The position numbers and the translations under genes are program-made. From Okeania sp. (GTDB lineage Bacteria; Cyanobacteriota; Cyanobacteriia; Cyanobacteriales; Microcoleaceae), in NCBI RefSeq assembly GCF_035285525.1, contig NZ_JAYKGW010000233.1:1-19774 (forward strand): DNA of 19,774 nucleotides. Direction: 5' to 3'. The notes beneath the pieces were generated by a model. It had not been told where the DNA came from and did not search any database. It saw nothing but the letters and a program-made list of their open reading frames with translations. Of the stretch, positions 1 through 6,978 are shown in pieces (positions within the stretch are counted from its first letter, which is position 1; each line of letters starts with the position of its first letter).

Positions 1-39
1 TAATTAGATTGATTTAAGTGATTTAAAAAAGGATAAAAA

Positions 40-2148
40 ATGACAGAAAAAATAAAAATTATAGAAATTGACGAAAAATCTCCCTATTTGCCAACTGTTA
101 TTGAGTTTGGTGATGCTAATAGAAAAACTCTAGGTTTTTTCCCTAGGCAAGCTTTTAAAGAACACGCAGAAAAAGGGCAAATAATTGTAGCTATTGAGTC
201 TAAAAAAAGTTGTGTTGGATATTTATTATATAGAATAGCAACTTCATATAATCGAGTTGGTATTATTCATTTATGTATTGCTGATTCTTATCAAGGTAAA
301 GGATTAGCTAAAAAGTTATTTGATTATCTAGTTGAGATTACTAAAGAAAAATATAGTGGTATTGGTTTAACTTGTCGTCGTGATTTTAATTTAAGTAATT
401 TCTGGTCTAAGCTAGGTTTTGTTTTTCAGTATGATAAACCAGCAAAAACTCCTGGAAAAACGAATGCTTATTGGTGGTTCGATCATCATCATTCAAATTT
501 GTTTTCTAATGCTACTACTCATCAACGTGAATACAAATTATATGTTGCGATAGACTCACAAATTTTCTTTGATTTCTATCATAGCGATCGCTATGATAAA
601 GACGCTGAATCTTTACTTTCTGATTGGTTATCTCCTGACTTACAGTTATGTTTGACCGATGAAATATTTAACAAAATAAATGTATTTTTTGACAATCAAG
701 ATGAGAGAAAGCATTTTACTAACCTAGCGAAAAAGCTCTTTACTATTTTATCAACCAATAAAATAGATTCCTCACAATATCAGTCTCTGAAAAATTTCTT
801 TAATCAAAAAAACATTAATATTAGTGAGTCTGATATTCGTTATATAGATAAAGCTATTACATCAGATGTTTACATTTTTGTTACTGGTAATAACAGTCTC
901 TTAGACATAGCAGATGAATTTTATGAACAATTTAATGTTTCTATTATTCATCCTAGAGATTTGATTTTTCAAGTGGATGAAATATGGAGGCAAACAGAAT
1001 ATCAGCCTGTTCGTTTAGCAGGTACTTTACTACAAAAAGCCCGTGTTACTTTAGGGCAAGAAAAGTTTTTAAATGAATATTTTAGAGCTGATAAATTGGG
1101 TGAAAAGAAGGCTGAGTTTCAACAAAAAATGCTTCGCTTTATTACAGAGACGGATAAATTTGATTGTTTTTTAGTTTTTGAAGGAGAAAAACAACCTTTA
1201 GCCTTAGTTGTTTATGATAGACGTAAAAAATATGAGTTAGAAATTCCATTAATGAGAGTTGTAGATACTTCTATAACTGCCACTATAGCTAATCATTTAG
1301 TTTTTGAATCTATATCAATTTCTGCCAAAGAAAAAAGAAATTTTACTAAGATAACAGATCTATTCTTGCCAGAAACAGTTATTAGAAATATTCATCAAGA
1401 TGGAACTTTTGTAGAATTTAACCATACTTACTTAAGAGCTAATATGGCTATAGCTAAAACAGCAAATCAACTATCAGAAGATTTAGAAAAATTAGCTGTT
1501 AGTCTCGGAAAAGAATATGATTTTTTTCGTAAAATATCTCAACTTCTTCAGAAAAAGCTAGAAAATGAAAATCAGCAAAAAGAATTATATTTTAATTTAG
1601 AGAAATACTTATGGCCGGCAAAAATAATTGATGCTAATCTGCCTACATGGATTATTCCTATTAAACCATTTTGGGCAAAAGATTTATTTGATGAAGAGTT
1701 AGCTAATAATTACTTATTTTGCTCTAAAACTGAGTTAGCACTTAAACGTGAACTTGTATTTTATCGTTCTAAAGGAGGTTTAAAACCTGGTATAATTGGT
1801 AGAATTATATGGTATGTCAGCAATGATGAAAAATTTCCATCCGGGACAACAAAAGTAATTAAAGCTTGTTCTCGATTAGATGAAGTTATAGTAGATAAAC
1901 CCGAAAAATTATATAGACAATTTCGTAATTTAGGTGTATATAAGTTAGAAGATTTAATAAAAATAACCAAGAATAAATCTAATGAAGATATAATGGCTAT
2001 TCGATTTAGTGATACTCAAATATTCACTAATTATATAACTTTAAAAGAACTTCAAGATATACTAAAAAAACAGATAACTGTTCAAGGAATTTTTAAAATA
2101 ACACCAGAACAATTTGCTAAAATATATGATAAAGCAAACAAAAATTGA
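40..2148 (+). CDS. Large multidomain protein: N-terminal GNAT N-acetyltransferase, PIN-like region, unassigned central region, ASCH/PUA-like C-terminal region. The GNAT call is solid; the other domains are tentative.
   Basis: An uninterrupted 702-codon ORF in very AT-rich DNA, with AAGGA 6 nt upstream of the ATG. Residues ~55-135 carry GNAT motif A (IHLCIADSYQGKGLAKKLFDYL, i.e. Q-x-x-G-x-G/A followed by a helix). Residues ~165-310 show PIN-like spacing of acidic residues (YVAIDSQIF, LTDEIF, SESDIRYIDKAI, IFVTGNNSLL). Residues ~535-690 (WIIPIKPFWAKDLF ... ELVFYRS ... GIIGRIIWYVS) mirror the strand order of the ASCH protein encoded immediately downstream (LLSIKPKYADKIF ... VELRR ... LVIVYVS ... 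AVVGYFKI). Confidence 0.75.
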   Translation: MTEKIKIIEIDEKSPYLPTVIEFGDANRKTLGFFPRQAFKEHAEKGQIIVAIESKKSCVGYLLYRIATSYNRVGIIHLCIADSYQGKGLAKKLFDYLVEITKEKYSGIGLTCRRDFNLSNFWSKLGFVFQYDKPAKTPGKTNAYWWFDHHHSNLFSNATTHQREYKLYVAIDSQIFFDFYHSDRYDKDAESLLSDWLSPDLQLCLTDEIFNKINVFFDNQDERKHFTNLAKKLFTILSTNKIDSSQYQSLKNFFNQKNINISESDIRYIDKAITSDVYIFVTGNNSLLDIADEFYEQFNVSIIHPRDLIFQVDEIWRQTEYQPVRLAGTLLQKARVTLGQEKFLNEYFRADKLGEKKAEFQQKMLRFITETDKFDCFLVFEGEKQPLALVVYDRRKKYELEIPLMRVVDTSITATIANHLVFESISISAKEKRNFTKITDLFLPETVIRNIHQDGTFVEFNHTYLRANMAIAKTANQLSEDLEKLAVSLGKEYDFFRKISQLLQKKLENENQQKELYFNLEKYLWPAKIIDANLPTWIIPIKPFWAKDLFDEELANNYLFCSKTELALKRELVFYRSKGGLKPGIIGRIIWYVSNDEKFPSGTTKVIKACSRLDEVIVDKPEKLYRQFRNLGVYKLEDLIKITKNKSNEDIMAIRFSDTQIFTNYITLKELQDILKKQITVQGIFKITPEQFAKIYDKANKN

Positions 2149-2164
2149 TCGGGATACTTCAATC

Positions 2165-2605
2165 ATGCCAAATACAGTTCTTTTATCTATAAAGCCAAAA
2201 TATGCTGATAAAATTTTCAAAGAGAGAACAAAAAAAGTTGAATTACGTCGTGTTTTTCCCGATCTAGATAAAGATGATTTAGTAATAGTTTATGTTTCAT
2301 CTCCTAAAAAAGCTGTTGTTGGTTACTTTAAAATCAAAAACATTATTAAAAAAGAAGTTTCTTATCTTTGGGATGAAGTAGAGGACAAAGCCGGAATTAC
2401 TTCTCAAGAATTTTACGATTATTATTCAGGAGTAAAGTTTGGCATAGGAATATTTTTCAAAAAAAGCAAGACCTTTAAAAAACCAGTCGAATTAGAAAAA
2501 CTAAGACAAGAATTGAAAAATTTTAGACCACCTCAAAGTTACCGTTATTTAAAACCCGATGAATGGGAAATTATTAAGAGATTAGTAGATTATGATTTTG
2601 AATAG
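2165..2605 (+). CDS. Stand-alone ASCH-domain (PUA-like fold) protein, ~146 aa
   Basis: MPNTVLLSIKPKYADKIFKERTKKVELRR ... LVIVYVSSPKKAVVGYFKI ... PPQSYRYL matches the characteristic ASCH layout (IKP-x-(Y/F)A-x-x-I, K-x-x-E-x-R-R, C-terminal PPQS-x-x-Y). I prefer the ATG at 2165 over the ORF-track start at 2114. The 2114 start would overlap the upstream gene by 35 nt and add 17 residues ahead of the first conserved strand. Confidence 0.8.
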   Translation: MPNTVLLSIKPKYADKIFKERTKKVELRRVFPDLDKDDLVIVYVSSPKKAVVGYFKIKNIIKKEVSYLWDEVEDKAGITSQEFYDYYSGVKFGIGIFFKKSKTFKKPVELEKLRQELKNFRPPQSYRYLKPDEWEIIKRLVDYDFE

Positions 2606-2628
2606 TTCAAAAATAAAAATAACTCTCT

Positions 2629-4254
2629 ATGGCAATTAAACAACTAACTTTATTTATACAACTTTTCCAGGAATTTGCTGATTCATATCCCTATAGTTCA
2701 GAAGGATTAAATCATAGAGCCTCTTATGAAAAACAACGTCAACAAGGTCGTCGGAATTTTGCAGAAATAACTACTGCTCTTAAGGAAGGGGAAGACATAA
2801 CTGAGTTGGTTAGATTCAAACTTTTGCCTCATACTGATACTCCTAAAAATCGACAAAGGGGTGCATGGATTCATAGGACGGAATCAAACAATATTGATTT
2901 AACTGAATGGTTTCAATGGTCTACAAATAAACCTTGGGAAAAGCAAGAATATTGGTCTGTTATTGCTAGAGAAATTTATATTTTTGTAACTTTATGCATT
3001 ACAGACGATCGGAAGTTTTTAGTAGCTTGTAAAAATTTTTCTAAGTTACCAAATACTGGAGGATTTAAAGTAGGAAAAATGACACCTATTCTGAATGCAC
3101 TAAAACCAGATAATTTTCTTTTAATTAATCAAAAATCAACGAAAGTAATTAATTATTTAAGTAACACAAAATATACTCAAGATTTAACTGAATACCCATA
3201 CATTAATCTCACTGGTCATAATCTAATTTTAGAATTAGCTAAAGAAATGCAGAAACAAAATATACCTGCTATGCGAGATGATGATTTGTTTGATATGTTT
3301 TGTTATTGGTTGGTAGATGTGAAAAAATATAATTTTCCTAGTGAAAATATTAACAATACAGACAATATTTATGAAACTAATCAGGATGAAAAAATCAATC
3401 GAACTGTAACTCATTTACAACCAGAATATACTCTAACTAAATGTTCCCAAGAAACCTGTTTTCCAGAAACAAAACTCGCTCAATGGATACGCGGTATCGA
3501 CCGCAAAAAACAAGCGATTTTTCAAGGTTCACCGGGTACAGGCAAAACTTTCCTCGCTCAAAAACTTGCTCAATATTTAACCAGTGAAGGTGACGGTTTC
3601 TGGGAAATCATTCAATTTCATCCTGCGTACACCTATGAAGACTTTATTCAAGGTATTCGACCACAGAGCGAAGATGGTAAACTCATCTATCCTGTTGTTC
3701 CAGGTCGCTTTCTGAAATTTTGTCAAAAAGCAGCACTTTGTCAAAATACTTGTGTACTCATTATAGATGAAATTAACCGCGCTAACCTTTCCCAAGTTTT
3801 CGGCGAACTTATGTATCTCCTGGAATACCGCGATGCAGAAATTTTCCTTGCCGGTAGTGAAGAATTATTCAGTATTCCGGAAAATGTTCGCATTATTGGC
3901 ACGATGAATACTGCCGATCGCTCTATCGCTTTAGTAGATCATGCACTTCGTCGTCGGTTTGCTTTTATCACTCTTTTTCCTAACTACGAAATATTGCGCC
4001 AATATCACGAAGAAATAGAAGAATATTTTCCAATAGAACAATTAGTTGAAATTTTAGAAGCAGTCAACCGAGAAATAAACGACCCTCACTATCAAGTCGG
4101 TGTTTCCTTCTTTCTCCGAAGAAATATTGAAGAGGAAATACAAGATATTTGGCAAATGGAAATTGAACCATATTTAGAGGAGTATTTTTTTGCTCAACCA
4201 GAAAAAGTCGATGAGTTTCGGTGGGATAAAATTAAATATTTAATGTTAGAATGA
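2629..4254 (+). CDS. mcrB: McrB-family AAA+ GTPase (type IV restriction motor subunit) with an unassigned ~270-aa N-terminal domain
   Basis: Walker A GSPGTGKT (nt 3526-3549). Walker B plus the McrB signature LIIDEINRANLSQVFGELMYLLEYR (nt ~3757-3830). IIGTMNTADRS and ALRRRF motifs follow. This combination is typical of the McrB/AAA_5 family. The gene starts 23 nt after the ASCH stop. Confidence 0.9.
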   Translation: MAIKQLTLFIQLFQEFADSYPYSSEGLNHRASYEKQRQQGRRNFAEITTALKEGEDITELVRFKLLPHTDTPKNRQRGAWIHRTESNNIDLTEWFQWSTNKPWEKQEYWSVIAREIYIFVTLCITDDRKFLVACKNFSKLPNTGGFKVGKMTPILNALKPDNFLLINQKSTKVINYLSNTKYTQDLTEYPYINLTGHNLILELAKEMQKQNIPAMRDDDLFDMFCYWLVDVKKYNFPSENINNTDNIYETNQDEKINRTVTHLQPEYTLTKCSQETCFPETKLAQWIRGIDRKKQAIFQGSPGTGKTFLAQKLAQYLTSEGDGFWEIIQFHPAYTYEDFIQGIRPQSEDGKLIYPVVPGRFLKFCQKAALCQNTCVLIIDEINRANLSQVFGELMYLLEYRDAEIFLAGSEELFSIPENVRIIGTMNTADRSIALVDHALRRRFAFITLFPNYEILRQYHEEIEEYFPIEQLVEILEAVNREINDPHYQVGVSFFLRRNIEEEIQDIWQMEIEPYLEEYFFAQPEKVDEFRWDKIKYLMLE

Positions 4255-4300
4255 AAAAATTAGATAGACAGTTATCAAAACATCTCTTTATGAATACAAT

Positions 4301-4543
4301 GAAGAAATAGAAGAATATTTTCCAATGGAAGAATTAATTAAAATTTGAGAATAAGTCAACTGATAAATAAACGATCCTCACTATCAAGTTGATGTTTCTT
4401 TCTTTCTCCGAAGAAATATTGAAGAGGAAATACAAGATATTTGGCAAATGGAAATTGAACCATATTTAGAGGAATATTTCTTTGCTCAAGCAGAAAAAGT
4501 AGATAAGTTTCGGTGGGATAAAACTAAATATTTAATGTCATAA
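4301..4543 (+). pseudogene. Decayed duplicate of the mcrB 3' end (equivalent to nt ~4009-4254)
   Basis: Direct nucleotide alignment by eye. The copy starts with the same GAAGAAATAGAAGAATATTTTCCAAT. It then has in-frame TGA/TAA stops (aaaatttgagaataagtcaactgataa). After that comes ~165 nt at roughly 90-95% identity, including a >70-nt identical run (ttctttctccgaagaaatattgaagaggaaatacaagatatttggcaaatggaaattgaaccatatttagagga). It ends in its own TAA. Confidence 0.85.
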
Positions 4544-4554
4544 TAAAAAAATTA

Positions 4555-4654
4555 CAGGACTTACGCATAAAACCTCATAAACCGGGTTTTTCGCCAATGT
4601 TTATTGTTAAAAACAAAGGTTATCCTAAAAAACCTGTTTCTTTGCGTAATTCCT
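4555..4654. mobile_element. MITE-like small dispersed repeat with imperfect terminal inverted repeats (caggacttacgca ... tgcgtaattcct)
   Basis: It shares its termini and the internal aaacc(n)ggttt hairpin motif with the 69-bp element at 9914-9982. Partial copies lie at ~19444-19480 and 19735-19765. Confidence 0.55.
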
Positions 4655-4724
4655 AAACTATATACACACTTATCCAAACATCCCCTACTGTAAAAAATCT
4701 CTGTTATAGCTGCCTTTTTCTAAT

Positions 4725-5939
4725 ATGAAATATCCCCAAATAATCGAACTTACTGAATATAAACTTCGCCAGTTTCCAGCAGATAAAATAAACTATGATA
4801 TTGGCACTAAATTATGGCAAGAATACGACGAAAAAGACAAAAAAATTAAAGTTGAATTTCCCACTCCCAAAACTAAAAACAAATGGCAATTTACTTCTCT
4901 AGGGTATGTGGGTTATATTCCCATAACTTCAGAATTTCATATCATTCTTAAACCAAAAGTACCGCTTCATAACCTATTTGGAATGTTGGAATATGCCTAC
5001 AATATCAAAAGTTTTTGTTTCCTAGATGGTTTAGTTAACTGCGATTCTCTACAGGAATTTTATAACTATTTAGTTAATATTCTAGCTCAAAAAATATTAG
5101 ACCGAGGTCGCAAAGGTTTTTATCGCGCTTATCTGCCAAAAACAGAAAATTTAACTTATATTCGGGGGCGATTAAATATGCAGCAAGTTATGCAAAAACC
5201 CTGGGATGTTAAGTTGAAATGCGATTATCAAGAACATACTGCTAATATTTCTGACAATCAAATTTTGGCTTGGACTTTATTTATTATTGGTCGTAGTGGT
5301 TTCTGTTCTGAAAAAGTCGCCCCAATAGTGGCAAAAGCTTTTCATCTATTGCAAGGTTTAGTAAATTTACAACCTTTTAAATCTAGGGATTGTGTAAATA
5401 GAAAATATCATCGTTTGAATCAAGACTATCAAACTTTACACGCTTTATGTCGATTTTTTTTAGATAATATTGGAGCTAGTCATCAACAGGGTAATTATTC
5501 AATGTTACCTTTTTTAATAGACATGGCTAAACTCTATGAAAAATTTGTAGCTGAATGGTTAAAAATTCATCTACCCTCAAATTTAAGACTTCAATATCAA
5601 GAAAGAGTAGATATTATTGACGATAAAATTTATTGTCAAATCGATCTAGTTATTTATGAAGTAAAAACTCATAAAGTTGTTTATATTCTTGATACTAAAT
5701 ATAAGTTAAATAGCAGACCATCCACAGATGATATTCATCAAGTAGTCGCTTATGCAACTTATAAAAAATGTCACCAAGCTATTTTGATTTATCCTCATAA
5801 ATTAACTAATCATATCAATCAATTAGTTGGTGAAAGTCAAGTCAGATTGCGTAGTTTGACATTTGCTCTCGACTCCGATCTGGAAAAAGCTGGTCAATCT
5901 TTTTTAGCAGAATTAATCAAATATAATGAACCACGTTAA
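4725..5939 (+). CDS. mcrC: McrC-family nuclease subunit (PD-(D/E)xK)
   Basis: A 404-aa ORF downstream of mcrB. The C-terminal nuclease motif is IDLVIYE (D at nt 5643) ... YILDTKYK (D-x-K at nt 5691-5705) followed by QVVAY, which is the arrangement typical of McrC. The size and the N-terminal region are also typical of McrC. Confidence 0.85.
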   Translation: MKYPQIIELTEYKLRQFPADKINYDIGTKLWQEYDEKDKKIKVEFPTPKTKNKWQFTSLGYVGYIPITSEFHIILKPKVPLHNLFGMLEYAYNIKSFCFLDGLVNCDSLQEFYNYLVNILAQKILDRGRKGFYRAYLPKTENLTYIRGRLNMQQVMQKPWDVKLKCDYQEHTANISDNQILAWTLFIIGRSGFCSEKVAPIVAKAFHLLQGLVNLQPFKSRDCVNRKYHRLNQDYQTLHALCRFFLDNIGASHQQGNYSMLPFLIDMAKLYEKFVAEWLKIHLPSNLRLQYQERVDIIDDKIYCQIDLVIYEVKTHKVVYILDTKYKLNSRPSTDDIHQVVAYATYKKCHQAILIYPHKLTNHINQLVGESQVRLRSLTFALDSDLEKAGQSFLAELIKYNEPR

Positions 5940-5954
5940 AAAAATAATAACCCT

Positions 5955-5982
5955 GTAGGGACCTTCCATGGAACGTCCCTAC
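5955..5982 (+). terminator. Near-perfect 28-bp palindrome (gtagggaccttccatggaacgtccctac) followed by TTTGTT. It is a possible mcrC terminator and also looks like a member of a dispersed cyanobacterial palindrome family.
   Basis: It lies 16 nt after the mcrC stop. The stem is gtagggac/gtccctac with an inner ttcca/tggaa pairing and one C-C mismatch. A short T-rich tract follows. Confidence 0.45.
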
Positions 5983-6088
5983 TTTGTTGGAAAATTATAC
6001 CCGTTCTTGACAAACACCTTCTTTTCTTTTTTTCAAAGGGGTTTTAATGAATTTGATTTTCCCTTTCCATTCTTTAAAGTTTCACTCA

Positions 6089-6388
6089 TTAAACTATACC
6101 AGAACCATTCAACATAGAGGCAGCAACATCTGCTATTACTTCAGGAACTGTTTCTACGACTACAGGAGATGGAGTAGATTCAGCAATAGCTGGTTCGGCA
6201 ACGACACCATCTAGTAGCGGAAGCGGCATTAGACCGGGAAAAGCAAAATCTGTCTCTGTAACCACAAAATCATTGACATCTAAATTTGGAGTATTCTGTA
6301 AGACAGCAAATATACCTCCTCTTTCTGGTGCTGCAAAAATCAAGTCTCCTGCACCAAAATCTTCCTCAATACCATTAGGGTTAAGGAA
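6089..6388 (-). pseudogene. Possible 3' fragment of an FG-GAP/integrin-alpha-like repeat protein gene. It has no ATG, and the frame opens directly after a stop.
   Basis: The frame reads ...NPNGIEEDFGAGDLIFAAPERGGIFAV..., which resembles the end of an FG-GAP repeat (G-x-G-D-L-I-x-G-A-P). The only candidate start is TTG at 6343. GC content is higher than in the surrounding repeats. The upstream side abuts a repeat cluster. Confidence 0.3.
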
Positions 6389-6447
6389 TTAATAATTACA
6401 GAAATTTCGGAGACGCGTGAGGTGCAAAATTTTATTTAGTAATATTG

Positions 6448-6537
6448 GTAACACAACCTTCCAGGTTGTTACAGTAAACCAAGGCTGTGTTACAGATGAC
6501 TTTACAGTAAACGAAGGCTGTGTTACAGATGACTGTA
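6448..6537. repeat. Hairpin repeat family 'GTAACACAACCTTCGGTGGTTGTTACAGCAAACGAAGGCTGTGTTAC' (degenerate copy with a duplicated second half)
   Basis: gtaacacaaccttccaggttgttacagtaaaccaaggctgtgttacagatgac is followed by tttacagtaaacgaaggctgtgttacagatgac. This is the same family as 16702-17000, 17224-17270 and 17319-17365. Confidence 0.8.
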
Positions 6538-6735
6538 CTTTACCATCCTCAAAATTTCTGTTATTAATAATTACAGCACTTACGCAAAGGCACTACATAA
6601 GGTGTATTGGTGCCTTACGAAGTGCGCTTTTCATGTCGCGCAGCGTTATCGTATAGGGACTGCTACGCTTTCCATGTCCGCTCAAGCGCGGAAAAAGCAC
6701 CCTACTGGACTATTTCATCGAAAATGGTGCATGGG

Positions 6736-6978
6736 GTAGGGGCGGGTTTATGGGTCGATTTTTATACTACTCTAAGGTTTAGACAAACCTCCCCGGGGGC
6801 CGGTTTGTCTAATTTCTAGATAAGAATCCTTAACTCACTGGTGATTTTTCGGGAACCTTAACCCGTCCCTACTGGACTGTTTCATCTTAAATGCTGCTTT
6901 AGGGAATCAGGATTGGTAGGGGTGGGTTTATGTAAATCTTAGAGTAGTATAAAAATCTCCTCAAAAACCCGCCCCTAC
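6736..6978. mobile_element. ~243-bp MITE-like element with ~43-bp imperfect terminal inverted repeats
   Basis: The left end is gtaggggcgggtttatgggtcgatttttatactactctaag. The right end is cttagagtagtataaaaatctcctcaaaaacccgcccctac, which is its reverse complement apart from a short central mismatch. An internal hairpin is agacaaacc...ggtttgtct. The segment ccctactggact(a/g)tttcatc...taggggYgggtttatg occurs both just outside the element (6697-) and inside it (6867-). Confidence 0.6.

Noticed and set aside
1761-1970. Short antisense or alternative-frame ORFs inside larger genes (1761-1970, 3577-3795, 7020-7286, 7199-7414, 7569-7802, 15574-15768, 17442-17639, 18265-18459, 18471-18668)
   Set aside because: Each is embedded in a long ORF that has strong family motifs, and none shows any motif of its own.
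2114-2164. The longer start for the ASCH gene given by the ORF track (MLKYMIKQTKIDRDTSI...)
   Set aside because: It overlaps the 3' end of the upstream gene by 35 nt and adds residues ahead of the conserved first ASCH strand. The ATG at 2165 is more plausible, though the longer form cannot be excluded without homologue alignment.
6032-6088. An 18-codon ORF on the - strand (MSETLKNGKGKSNSLKPL) whose ATG overlaps the TAA of the 6089-6388 fragment (TAATG)
   Set aside because: It is too short, has no motif, and lies downstream of what is probably a decayed gene fragment.
6417-6819. ORFs 6417-6656 and 6607-6819 (+), 79 and 70 aa
   Set aside because: They are built entirely from dispersed repeat and hairpin sequence. 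They show no recognisable protein motifs and have odd composition.
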